A stretch of 64,000 nt of DNA from Clostridia bacterium (GTDB lineage Bacteria; Bacillota; UBA994; PWPR01), in contig JBKHBO010000003.1 in NCBI GenBank assembly GCA_046542315.1, positions 16,101-80,100 on the forward strand, in the 5' to 3' direction. How positions within the stretch are numbered: the first letter of the stretch is position 1; every line of letters begins with the position of its first letter. Made by a program: the position numbers and the translations under genes. The notes under the pieces are model-generated. The model was not told the DNA's origin. It did not search any database and saw nothing but the letters and a program-made list of their open reading frames with translations. Positions 47,540 through 55,697 of this stretch are shown here, one piece after another.

Positions 47540-48271
47540 ATGGCGAGTAGTCAGTACAAAAGGATAGTTTTAAAGCTGAGTGGGCAAGCATTAGCTGGAA
47601 ATGGTTATGGTGGTATAGACCATGAAGTTATAGGTTGTATTGCCAAGCAGGTAAAAGAAGTAGTAGAATTAGGAATAGAAGTGGCTATAGTAGTTGGCGG
47701 AGGCAATATCTGGAGAGGTGCTACAGGAAGTGCCAGCGGCATGGATAGAGCAACAGCTGATTATATGGGTATGTTAGCAACTTGTATTAATTCATTAGCC
47801 TTGCAAGATGCCCTAGAGAGAATCGATGTTGTAACTAGAGTCCAAACTGCTATAGAGATGCGTGAAATAGCTGAACCTTATATTAGAAGAAGAGCTATTA
47901 GACATCTAGAAAAAGGTAGAGTAGTAATTTTTGCAGCAGGAACAGGCAACCCATTTTTCACAACAGATACAACAGCAGCCCTAAGAGCAGCAGAAATTGA
48001 AGCTGACGCAATATTACTTGCTAAAGGAAATGTTGATGGTGTCTATGATTCTGATCCACTAGAAAATCCAGATGCTGTAATATTCTCTGAGTTAAATTAT
48101 ATTGAAGTAATAAGGAGAGGTTTAGGAGTAATGGATTCGACAGCTACTTCATTATGTATGGATAATAAAATCCCTATTTTAGTTTTTGGCTTAGCTACTA
48201 AGGGTAATATTAAAAAAGTTGTTCAAGGAGAAAAAATAGGAACAGTTATAAGGGGGAACACTGATGCTTAA
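47540..48271 (+). CDS. pyrH: UMP kinase
   Basis: Start trimmed to ATG 47540 (AGGAGG RBS); the track start at 47462 lies inside the tsf terminator. [22 protein letters not shown]. Confidence 0.95.
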   Translation: MASSQYKRIVLKLSGQALAGNGYGGIDHEVIGCIAKQVKEVVELGIEVAIVVGGGNIWRGATGSASGMDRATADYMGMLATCINSLALQDALERIDVVTRVQTAIEMREIAEPYIRRRAIRHLEKGRVVIFAAGTGNPFFTTDTTAALRAAEIEADAILLAKGNVDGVYDSDPLENPDAVIFSELNYIEVIRRGLGVMDSTATSLCMDNKIPILVFGLATKGNIKKVVQGEKIGTVIRGNTDA

Positions 48272-48821
48272 CGCAATTTATGATGATTGTGAAAAGAGAA
48301 TGAAAAGTGCAGTAGAAGTTTTGAGAGATGAATACAAAACAATTCGTGCCGGAAGAGCTACACCTTCACTTTTAGATAAGATTACAGTAGAATATTATGG
48401 ATCACAAGTACCATTAAAACAGGTTAGTAATATATCGGCTCCCGAAGCAAGACTACTAGTTATTCAGCCTTGGGATAAGTCAGTAATTGCTGCTGTTGAA
48501 AAAGCTATAATAACATCAGATTTAGGGCTTACTCCAAATACTGATGGTAGTATTATAAGGCTAAATATTCCGCATCTAACTGAAGAAAGAAGAGTTCAGT
48601 TAAGAAAATTGGTATCACAAAAAGCAGAAGATGCTAAAGTGGCTATTAGGAATATTAGAAGAGATGCAAATGACGAAATTAAAATGCTAGAAAATGAGAG
48701 TGAAATTTCTGAAGAAAATGCTCATAGAGCTTATGATAATATTCAAGAAATGACAGATGAATATATAAAAAAAGTAGATGAAGTTTTGAAAGCTAAACAA
48801 GAAGAAATCATGGAAGTATGA
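48264..48821 (+). CDS. frr: ribosome recycling factor
   Basis: [24 protein letters not shown]. Confidence 0.95.
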   Translation: MLNAIYDDCEKRMKSAVEVLRDEYKTIRAGRATPSLLDKITVEYYGSQVPLKQVSNISAPEARLLVIQPWDKSVIAAVEKAIITSDLGLTPNTDGSIIRLNIPHLTEERRVQLRKLVSQKAEDAKVAIRNIRRDANDEIKMLENESEISEENAHRAYDNIQEMTDEYIKKVDEVLKAKQEEIMEV

Positions 48822-49018
48822 TAAGAGATTTCTTATTAGGATTTGAGTTAGAAAAAGCAATTATAATATTAGATAATAACAAGATTGATTATCAAATCCA
48901 TGAATATGAGCTTTTAAATCCTAGATTTGCCATGTCAAATAAGAAAAGGATTATGGCAATAAAGGGAGTAGAGCTGCTTGATTTATATGTTTCTTGCGAA
49001 CAAGAACCACTAGTTTAA
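48818..49018 (+). CDS. hypothetical 66-aa protein, translationally coupled to frr
   Basis: Its ATG overlaps the frr TGA (ATGA). The ORF ends 4 nt before a GC-rich hairpin. I recognise no family. Confidence 0.45.
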   Translation: MIRDFLLGFELEKAIIILDNNKIDYQIHEYELLNPRFAMSNKKRIMAIKGVELLDLYVSCEQEPLV

Positions 49019-49022
49019 TTAG

Positions 49023-49044
49023 CCCCCTCTATGAGGGGGTTTAT
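49023..49044 (+). terminator. GC-rich hairpin CCCCCTC-TAT-GAGGGGG plus TTTAT (weak terminator or attenuator between frr and uppS)
   Basis: Read directly. The loop is only 3 nt and the U-tract is short. The track uppS start (49031) lies inside it. Confidence 0.45.
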
Positions 49045-49063
49045 GACATATGGAGTGATAAGG

Positions 49064-49771
49064 ATGAGAAAAGAATTAAACCACATTGCTATCATTATGG
49101 ATGGTAATGGGAGATGGGCAAAAGAGAGAAGCAGACCTAGATATTACGGACACCAGAAAGGTGCTGAGAATATTTTAACCATTTCTAAAATATTAAACGA
49201 TATGGGTATAAAATATTTAACCCTATATGCTTTTTCAACTGAAAACTGGAGTCGCCCAAAAAGAGAGGTTGATTATTTAACAAAAGAATTACCTTTTATA
49301 ATTTATAATAGATTTAAGTCTCATTTAGAAAAAAGAAATATGAGATTTTTTGTATCAGGAAAATCAGAAGGTATTCCTCAAAAGACTTTAGATTTATTAA
49401 GAGAGCTAGAAGAGACTTCTAAAGATAATGAAGGACTAGAAGTTGTTTTTGCTTATAACTATGGAGGTAAGGCTGAAATTTTAGATGCAGTTAACTCTTT
49501 GCTGGGACAAGATTTAAAAGAAATTGATGAAGAGACTTTGAGAAGTGAGTTTTATGCTCCACATGTTCCTGATGTAGATTTATTAATAAGACCAGGTGGA
49601 GAAAAAAGACTATCTAACTTTTTATTGTGGCAAACAGCTTATAGTGAAATATATTTTTGTGACACGTATTGGCCTGATTTTAATGAGCAAGAGTTAAAAA
49701 AAGCTATCGAGTTTTATAATAATAGAAATAGGAGATTTGGGAGTATAAATTATGAAAAACAGAGTAATTAG
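49064..49771 (+). CDS. uppS: isoprenyl transferase (undecaprenyl diphosphate synthase)
   Basis: Start trimmed to ATG 49064. HIAIIMDGNGRWA, LTLYAFSTENWSRP, RLSNFLLWQ. Confidence 0.95.
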   Translation: MRKELNHIAIIMDGNGRWAKERSRPRYYGHQKGAENILTISKILNDMGIKYLTLYAFSTENWSRPKREVDYLTKELPFIIYNRFKSHLEKRNMRFFVSGKSEGIPQKTLDLLRELEETSKDNEGLEVVFAYNYGGKAEILDAVNSLLGQDLKEIDEETLRSEFYAPHVPDVDLLIRPGGEKRLSNFLLWQTAYSEIYFCDTYWPDFNEQELKKAIEFYNNRNRRFGSINYEKQSN

Positions 49772-50522
49772 TGCCTTAGTTGCATTACCTCTATTCTTTT
49801 TAATAGTATACTTTAGAGGAGACTACTTGTTTGCAGCTTCAGTTATAGTTGGCATAAGTCTTTTGTATGAACTCCATAGAATGGTATATAAAAAAGATGA
49901 GCTAATTATATTAATTTTATCTATAATATATTTATCTCTAGCTTTTCTGTTTATGAGGTTAGATTATAATTTCAACAATTATTTGCTACCGTTATATATA
50001 TTTTTGATATTAGCAATTTCTACAGTTACTAAAGACAAGTTTGATTTAACCAATGTATGTATTTACATAGCTTTTTCTCTTTATATAATTACATTAATTC
50101 CTTTTTTAGCAATGTTAGATGAATTAGGAAGTGCAATAGTTTTATTGCCATTCATTAGTGGCTGGGCATATGACACAGCTGCTTATTTAAGCGGAGTTAA
50201 TTTTGGTAAAAACCGACCATGGAAAAATTTAAGCCCCAAAAAATCTATTGAAGGCTTAATCGGAGGATCCTTGGCTTCAGTTATATTGGTTTTGATATAT
50301 GGGTACTTTTTGAAATTGAATTTGCTATACTTGCTTTTATATGCCATATTAGCAGTAGTTTTGGCTCAATCTGGAGATTTACTAATCTCTGCAGTGAAAA
50401 GATTTACCAAAGTTAAAGACTCAGGGAATATACTTCCAGGGCACGGAGGATTTTTTGACAGGTTTGATAGTGTATTGCCAATATTTGCACTCGCATATTA
50501 TTTTGCAACAAATTTTCTATAG
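49752..50522 (+). CDS. cdsA: phosphatidate cytidylyltransferase
   Basis: Polytopic. C-terminal signature SAVKRFTKVKDSGNILPGHGGFFDRFDS. Confidence 0.9.
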   Translation: MKNRVISALVALPLFFLIVYFRGDYLFAASVIVGISLLYELHRMVYKKDELIILILSIIYLSLAFLFMRLDYNFNNYLLPLYIFLILAISTVTKDKFDLTNVCIYIAFSLYIITLIPFLAMLDELGSAIVLLPFISGWAYDTAAYLSGVNFGKNRPWKNLSPKKSIEGLIGGSLASVILVLIYGYFLKLNLLYLLLYAILAVVLAQSGDLLISAVKRFTKVKDSGNILPGHGGFFDRFDSVLPIFALAYYFATNFL

Positions 50523-50536
50523 GTGAAGGTGTTAAA

Positions 50537-51658
50537 ATGATAAAAGTAGCAATCTTAGGGAGTACTGGTTCGATAGGGACTCAAACTCTAAGCGTAATTG
50601 AAGAACAAATCAAAGATTTTCAAATAGAAGGATTAACTGCTCATTCGAATTCTTCTTTATTGAAAATACAAGCGAAAAAATTTAAGCCAAACTTTTTAGG
50701 AATTAAACAAAAGATCAATTTATCAGATTCAATTATCATTTATGGCAATAATTATATAAATAAATTTATTGAAAAAACAGATGCAGATATTTATGTTAAT
50801 GCAATTAGTGGTATCTATGGTCTAGAAGCATCTATAGGCATATTAAAAAAAGGAAAAGATCTCGCTTTAGCAAATAAAGAATCTATTGTCAGCTTTGGTG
50901 AGCTACTTATAAATATTGCAAGAGAGAATGATGCAAATATTTATCCTGTAGATAGTGAACATTCTGCAATTTGGCAGTGCTTACAAGGTGAAGATATAAA
51001 AACACTTAAGCAACTGATTATTACAGCTTCAGGAGGACCTTTTAGAGATTTTGATTATGAGAGTTTAAAATTAGTTCAGCCTGAGCAAGCTTTAAAGCAT
51101 CCAACTTGGTCTATGGGCCAAAAGATTTCTATTGATTCTGCAACCTTAATGAATAAAGGACTTGAAGTAATTGAAGCATCAATTTTGTACAATGTGCCTT
51201 ATAAGAAGATTTCAGTTTTAGTCCATCCACAAAGTATAGTTCATTCACTAGTAGAATTTAATGATGGTGCATTAATAGCTCAGCTAGGAACTACTGATAT
51301 GAGACAAGCAATTCAATATGCGTTATATAGAGGTAAAAGAGTAGCAAGTAATAGAAAAAGACTAGATTTGGCGGAAGTAGGTTCACTGGACTTTCATAAG
51401 CCAAATACAGATATATTTAGATGTTTAAAATTAGCATATGAGGTTGGTAAGGCTGGAGGGGTAATGCCAGCAATTATGAATACAGCAAATAATATTGCAG
51501 TTGAAAAATTTTTAGATAATCAAATTAAATTTTTAGACATACCAATTTTCATTGAAGAAACATTGAGCAAATTTGAAAACAAAACAGTCAAATCTATTGA
51601 TGACATAATAAATATACAAAAAGAAGTTATAGCAGTTACTAAAACAATAAAGGTCTAG
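50537..51658 (+). CDS. dxr: 1-deoxy-D-xylulose 5-phosphate reductoisomerase
   Basis: ILGSTGSIGTQTL, LANKES, PVDSEHSAIWQC. Confidence 0.95.
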   Translation: MIKVAILGSTGSIGTQTLSVIEEQIKDFQIEGLTAHSNSSLLKIQAKKFKPNFLGIKQKINLSDSIIIYGNNYINKFIEKTDADIYVNAISGIYGLEASIGILKKGKDLALANKESIVSFGELLINIARENDANIYPVDSEHSAIWQCLQGEDIKTLKQLIITASGGPFRDFDYESLKLVQPEQALKHPTWSMGQKISIDSATLMNKGLEVIEASILYNVPYKKISVLVHPQSIVHSLVEFNDGALIAQLGTTDMRQAIQYALYRGKRVASNRKRLDLAEVGSLDFHKPNTDIFRCLKLAYEVGKAGGVMPAIMNTANNIAVEKFLDNQIKFLDIPIFIEETLSKFENKTVKSIDDIINIQKEVIAVTKTIKV

Positions 51659-51670
51659 GGAGGATTCTTT

Positions 51671-52687
51671 ATGGCAGTTACAATATTTTTAACAATTTTT
51701 ATATTAGGAATACTCGTCTTGTTTCATGAATTAGGCCATTTTATTGCCGCAAAAGCTTCAGATGTTTGTGTGCATGAGTTTTCAATTGGTATGGGACCTA
51801 AACTAATTAGTAGAGATAGAGGTGAAACTACCTATAGTTTGAGAGCACTACCTATAGGAGGATATGTAAGAATGGCTGGTGAAGAACCAGATGATGAACA
51901 TCATCCACGAGGGTTTGACACTAAAAAGCCTTTTACTAGAATTTTCATTTCAATTGCAGGTGTAATAATGAATATCTTACTTGCAATTCTTATTTTTGCA
52001 ATAGTAGGCTTTATGCAAGGAGTCCCAAGTGAACAGGCTATAGTAGGTGAAGTTATTGAAAATACACCAGCTGAAGAAGCAGGCCTGATGCCAGGTGATA
52101 AAATAATAGCAATAGATGAATATGAAGTAAATTCATGGGAAGATATAACAAAACATATAAAGCCAAGTTCGAATCAAGATAGACAGCTTACTATTGAAAG
52201 AGACAATCAAGTGATTAATCTGAGCATAACTCCACAAGAAGATGAGGTTACTGGAGAAGGCGTAATTGGCATTACCTCTACTTTAGAGAGAGGGAGCCCT
52301 TTTAAATCGATAGTAGCAGGTATTGAGCAAGCTTTCTTTATGATTTATATGATTTTTGCAGCTTTGGGATCAATGATAACAGGTCAAACTGCTGCACAAG
52401 GAGCAGGCCCAGTTGGCATAGCTCAAATGGTAGGTGAGATTAGTCGAACAGGTTTGATTAACACAATGTCCTTTACAGCGATGTTAAGTTTAAATGTTGG
52501 TATTTTTAATGCTTTACCTATACCACCTTTAGATGGCAGTAGAATTTTACTAATTATCATAGAGGCAATAAGAGGTAAAAAAATTGATCCTAAGAAAGAA
52601 AATCTTATATATATTTTTGGATTTGCTTTGCTAATAACTTTAGCAGTAGTAGTTACATATCAGGATATTATAAGATTAGGGCAGTAA
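51671..52687 (+). CDS. rseP: RIP metalloprotease RseP (site-2 protease)
   Basis: HELGHF zinc motif, one PDZ domain, NALPIPPLDG motif. Confidence 0.9.
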   Translation: MAVTIFLTIFILGILVLFHELGHFIAAKASDVCVHEFSIGMGPKLISRDRGETTYSLRALPIGGYVRMAGEEPDDEHHPRGFDTKKPFTRIFISIAGVIMNILLAILIFAIVGFMQGVPSEQAIVGEVIENTPAEEAGLMPGDKIIAIDEYEVNSWEDITKHIKPSSNQDRQLTIERDNQVINLSITPQEDEVTGEGVIGITSTLERGSPFKSIVAGIEQAFFMIYMIFAALGSMITGQTAAQGAGPVGIAQMVGEISRTGLINTMSFTAMLSLNVGIFNALPIPPLDGSRILLIIIEAIRGKKIDPKKENLIYIFGFALLITLAVVVTYQDIIRLGQ

Positions 52688-52688
52688 A

Positions 52689-53747
52689 ATGAATAAAGAC
52701 ATACGAAAAGTAAAAATAGCAGACTTGACTTTTGGTGATGGTAATATTTTAATACAAAGTATGACAAATACTAAAACTATAGATATCGAAGCTACATTAA
52801 ATCAAACAAGGCAGTTATTCACTGCTGGGGCAGACATAGTTAGAATTTCTATCCCTGATATGAACTCTGTTAAAGCTCTATCAAATATAAAGCATGAGAT
52901 AAATAGACCTTTAGTAGCAGATATCCATTTTGATTATAGATTAGCAATAGAATCACTTTTAGCTGGAGCAGATAAAGTAAGAATAAATCCAGGCAATATT
53001 GGCAGCTGGGAAAATGTAATTAAGATATTTGCGATGGCCAAAAAGCTTGATAAATGTGTTAGAGTCGGTGTTAATAGTGGGTCACTTGAAAAAGATATAT
53101 TAGAAAAGTATAAACATCCTACAGCAAAAGCACTAGCAGAGTCTGCATTAAAGTATGATAGAAAACTTTTAGAAAGTGGTTTTGAAAATTTTGTAGTAAG
53201 TATTAAATCTTCTGATGTTATAACAACTATAAGATCAAATAAGATGTTTAGAGAAAAATCAAATACACCTTTACATGTAGGAGTAACTGAAGCAGGTACA
53301 TTTGTTAGAGGAACTATAAAATCATCAATTGGAATTGGATCTTTGTTACTTGACGGTATAGGAGAAACTATAAGAGTCTCTCTAACGGCAGATCCTGTCA
53401 GAGAGATTGAAGTAGCCAAACTCATCCTTAAGTCGATTGGACTTAGGAAAGAAGGCATAGAAATTATAAGTTGCCCAACATGTGCTAGGACAAATGGTGA
53501 TCTGATTGATATAGTCACTAAAGTAGAAGAAGTCGTAGGCCAAAAACAAGATAATTTAAAGATTGCAATTATGGGATGTGTAGTTAATGGCCCTGGAGAA
53601 GCAAGAGAGGCTGACATAGGACTTGCTTTAGGAAAAGTAAAAGGCGTTTTATTCAAAAAAGGCGAAGTAGTAACAACTGTACATGCTAATGATTATTTGG
53701 ATGTTATTTTAAAAGAAATAGATAAAATGACTACCGCTAATAACTAG
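52689..53747 (+). CDS. ispG: 4-hydroxy-3-methylbut-2-en-1-yl diphosphate synthase (flavodoxin)
   Basis: VRISIPD, VRINPGNIG, and the Fe-S cysteines CPTCART...GCVVNGPGE. Confidence 0.95.
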   Translation: MNKDIRKVKIADLTFGDGNILIQSMTNTKTIDIEATLNQTRQLFTAGADIVRISIPDMNSVKALSNIKHEINRPLVADIHFDYRLAIESLLAGADKVRINPGNIGSWENVIKIFAMAKKLDKCVRVGVNSGSLEKDILEKYKHPTAKALAESALKYDRKLLESGFENFVVSIKSSDVITTIRSNKMFREKSNTPLHVGVTEAGTFVRGTIKSSIGIGSLLLDGIGETIRVSLTADPVREIEVAKLILKSIGLRKEGIEIISCPTCARTNGDLIDIVTKVEEVVGQKQDNLKIAIMGCVVNGPGEAREADIGLALGKVKGVLFKKGEVVTTVHANDYLDVILKEIDKMTTANN

Positions 53748-53748
53748 C

Positions 53749-53777
53749 TTGCAAGATACTCACTTTTTTGATAAGAT
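53749..53777 (+). promoter_or_regulatory. sigma-A-like promoter with extended -10 (TTGCAA, 17 nt, TGaTAAGAT)
   Basis: -35 at 53749-53754 and -10 at 53772-53777, immediately after the ispG stop and upstream of a terminator hairpin. Confidence 0.4.
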
Positions 53778-53801
53778 AGCTTTAGGTGTTTATAGTTATT
53801 G

Positions 53802-53829
53802 AAAAAGAGTGGGTCGGCCCACTCTTTTT
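53802..53829 (+). terminator. rho-independent terminator or leader attenuator upstream of rimP
   Basis: AAAAAGAGTGGG-TCGG-CCCACTCTTTTT perfect stem with a T-run. It lies 29 nt before the rimP ATG and inside the spurious 5' extension of track ORF 53786. Confidence 0.75.
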
Positions 53830-53857
53830 ACTGTTATATATCAAGGAGTTATGTAAA

Positions 53858-54322
53858 ATGAAGAAAAAAGAGGCAATTACTTTAATATCAGCAAAAGCTA
53901 GAGAATTAGCTAAAGAAAACAATGTAGAGTTTTTTAATATTGAAACAATTCAAAAAGGTGGAAGCTTAATTGTAAGTATTAGAGTTTACAGTGAAGACGG
54001 CATAGATCATGAAACTTGTTATTCAATACATCAAAAATTGGATGAGTATTTAGACGAGATAGATCCATTTGAAGAAAGTTATTTTCTTGAAGTCTCATCA
54101 CCAGGACTTGATGCCAAGCTAAATGATACTCATACATTAAATCTGAGTATAGGAAAAGAAGTAGAGTTTAGAACCTATGTAGCAGGAGAAACTTGGCCAA
54201 AAAGCGGCGTCGGAATTTTGACTGAAGTTGATGATGAGAATATTATTGTCGTCAATGGTGCGGAAACTTATAAGATTGATAGAAAAATAATCTCATCTAT
54301 AAGACTGCATTTTAGTTTTTAG
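53858..54322 (+). CDS. rimP: ribosome maturation factor RimP
   Basis: Start trimmed to ATG 53858 (AAGGAG RBS). LEVSSPGLD motif; precedes nusA. Confidence 0.9.
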   Translation: MKKKEAITLISAKARELAKENNVEFFNIETIQKGGSLIVSIRVYSEDGIDHETCYSIHQKLDEYLDEIDPFEESYFLEVSSPGLDAKLNDTHTLNLSIGKEVEFRTYVAGETWPKSGVGILTEVDDENIIVVNGAETYKIDRKIISSIRLHFSF

Positions 54323-54335
54323 GAGGGAGATAATT

Positions 54336-55403
54336 TTGAATAAAGAATTTATAAAAGCAATAAGAGATTTGAGTGAAAACAAAGGTATAGATGCAGAAAT
54401 ACTCTATGAAGCAGTAAAAACTGCTTTAGCAAAAAGCTATACAGAGAGACATGGCAATGAAGCTGATATTGACATTCAAATCAATGTAGATAATGGCGAA
54501 GTAAAAGCATTTAGAAGATACATAGTAGTAGATGAAGTCGAAGACTCTGAAAAAGAAATGAGTCTGGAAAAGGCTAAGGAAATAAGAAAAGAAGCAAAAA
54601 TAGGTGATGTTATAAATGTAGACATAACTACAAAAGATTTTGCCAGAAAATCTGCAAGAGCTGCTAAGCAAATGGTGGTTCAGAAAATAAGGGAAGCAGA
54701 AAAAACAGCTATATTTGACAAATTTATTGATAAGACAGATGATATAATTACTGAAACTCTTTATAGAACAGATGGAAGAAATTTTTATGTAGACTTGGGT
54801 AATACAGAAGCAATATTACCACAGACTGAACAAATAGAAAATGAGCACTATCGAGTAAATAAGAGAATGAAGTTCTACATTGCAGAAGTTAAGAAAAGTA
54901 ATAAAGAACCTCAAATTGTAATATCAAGAACTCATCCTGGACTTATTAAAAGGCTATTTGAACTAGAAGTTCCTGAAGTTTTTAACGGAATTGTTGAGAT
55001 TAAATCAATTGCAAGAGAAGCAGGCAGTAGGACAAAGATAAGTGTCCATTCAAGTGATGAAAATGTAGATCCAGTAGGTGCATGCGTAGGGCCAAGAGGT
55101 ACACGGGTACAAGCTATTGTCAATGAATTGAATGGCGAAAAAATAGATGTCGTAGAATGGGATGAAAGTCCAGAGAAATATGTAAAAAATGCTTTATGCC
55201 CATCACAAGTTTTAAATGTAGTGATTGAAGAGGAAGATGAAAGAAAAGCAAATGTAGTAGTACCAGATAATCAACTTTCCTTAGCTATAGGCAAGGATGG
55301 ACAAAATGCAAGGTTAGCTGCTAGGTTAACATCTTGGAAAATTGATATTAAGAGCGCCAGTCAAGCAGGTTTTTCTAATGAGGAGGATACTAGTGAAAGA
55401 TAG
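54336..55403 (+). CDS. nusA: transcription termination/antitermination factor NusA
   Basis: TTG start after GGAGGGAG. S1 and two KH domains (DPVGACVGPRGTRVQ, AIGKDGQNARLAARL). Confidence 0.95.
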   Translation: MNKEFIKAIRDLSENKGIDAEILYEAVKTALAKSYTERHGNEADIDIQINVDNGEVKAFRRYIVVDEVEDSEKEMSLEKAKEIRKEAKIGDVINVDITTKDFARKSARAAKQMVVQKIREAEKTAIFDKFIDKTDDIITETLYRTDGRNFYVDLGNTEAILPQTEQIENEHYRVNKRMKFYIAEVKKSNKEPQIVISRTHPGLIKRLFELEVPEVFNGIVEIKSIAREAGSRTKISVHSSDENVDPVGACVGPRGTRVQAIVNELNGEKIDVVEWDESPEKYVKNALCPSQVLNVVIEEEDERKANVVVPDNQLSLAIGKDGQNARLAARLTSWKIDIKSASQAGFSNEEDTSER

Positions 55404-55653
55404 GAAAAAGCCTCAAAGGATGTGTGTGGCTTGTCGGGAAAAGAAGGACAAGTTTGATCTCGTTAGAGTGGTTAAAACTCCTGATGGAGAAGTAGTGATA
55501 GAAAAAGATAAAAGAGTTAATGGTAGAGGAGCTTATCTATGTCACAAAACAGAATGCATAGATAAAGCAAACAAAACTAAATCTTTAGATAAAGCACTAA
55601 ACATCAAAGTACCACTAGAAATATATGATGAATTAAAAAAAATGATAGAGTAA
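55393..55653 (+). CDS. ylxR: YlxR family RNA-binding protein (DUF448)
   Basis: GTG 55393 lies 6 nt after AGGAGG. PQRMCVACREKKDKFDLVRVV, GRGAYLC. Confidence 0.85.
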   Translation: MKDRKKPQRMCVACREKKDKFDLVRVVKTPDGEVVIEKDKRVNGRGAYLCHKTECIDKANKTKSLDKALNIKVPLEIYDELKKMIE

Positions 55654-55697
55654 GTTAAAAGTATCGACCCCAAAAGAAAATTGCGGAGGTGTAATTA

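Noticed and set aside
52934-53656. 240-aa ORF on the minus strand, long for an AT-rich genome
   Set aside because: It lies entirely antisense to the well-supported ispG. Its product is low-complexity and rich in Ser, Leu, Pro, Thr and Ile. It has no RBS. It sits in the antisense frame where stops need sense-strand Tyr, His or Gln codons after T or C, a classic shadow ORF.
53786-53857. 5' extensions of track ORFs that cross terminators or lack an RBS: rimP 53786, uppS 49031, pyrH 47462, topA 39717, smc 16791, hslU 43689, queA 8166 and nrnA 58577
   Set aside because: In each case an internal start with a Shine-Dalgarno sequence gives the canonical family N-terminus. The extension overlaps an upstream gene or a terminator hairpin.
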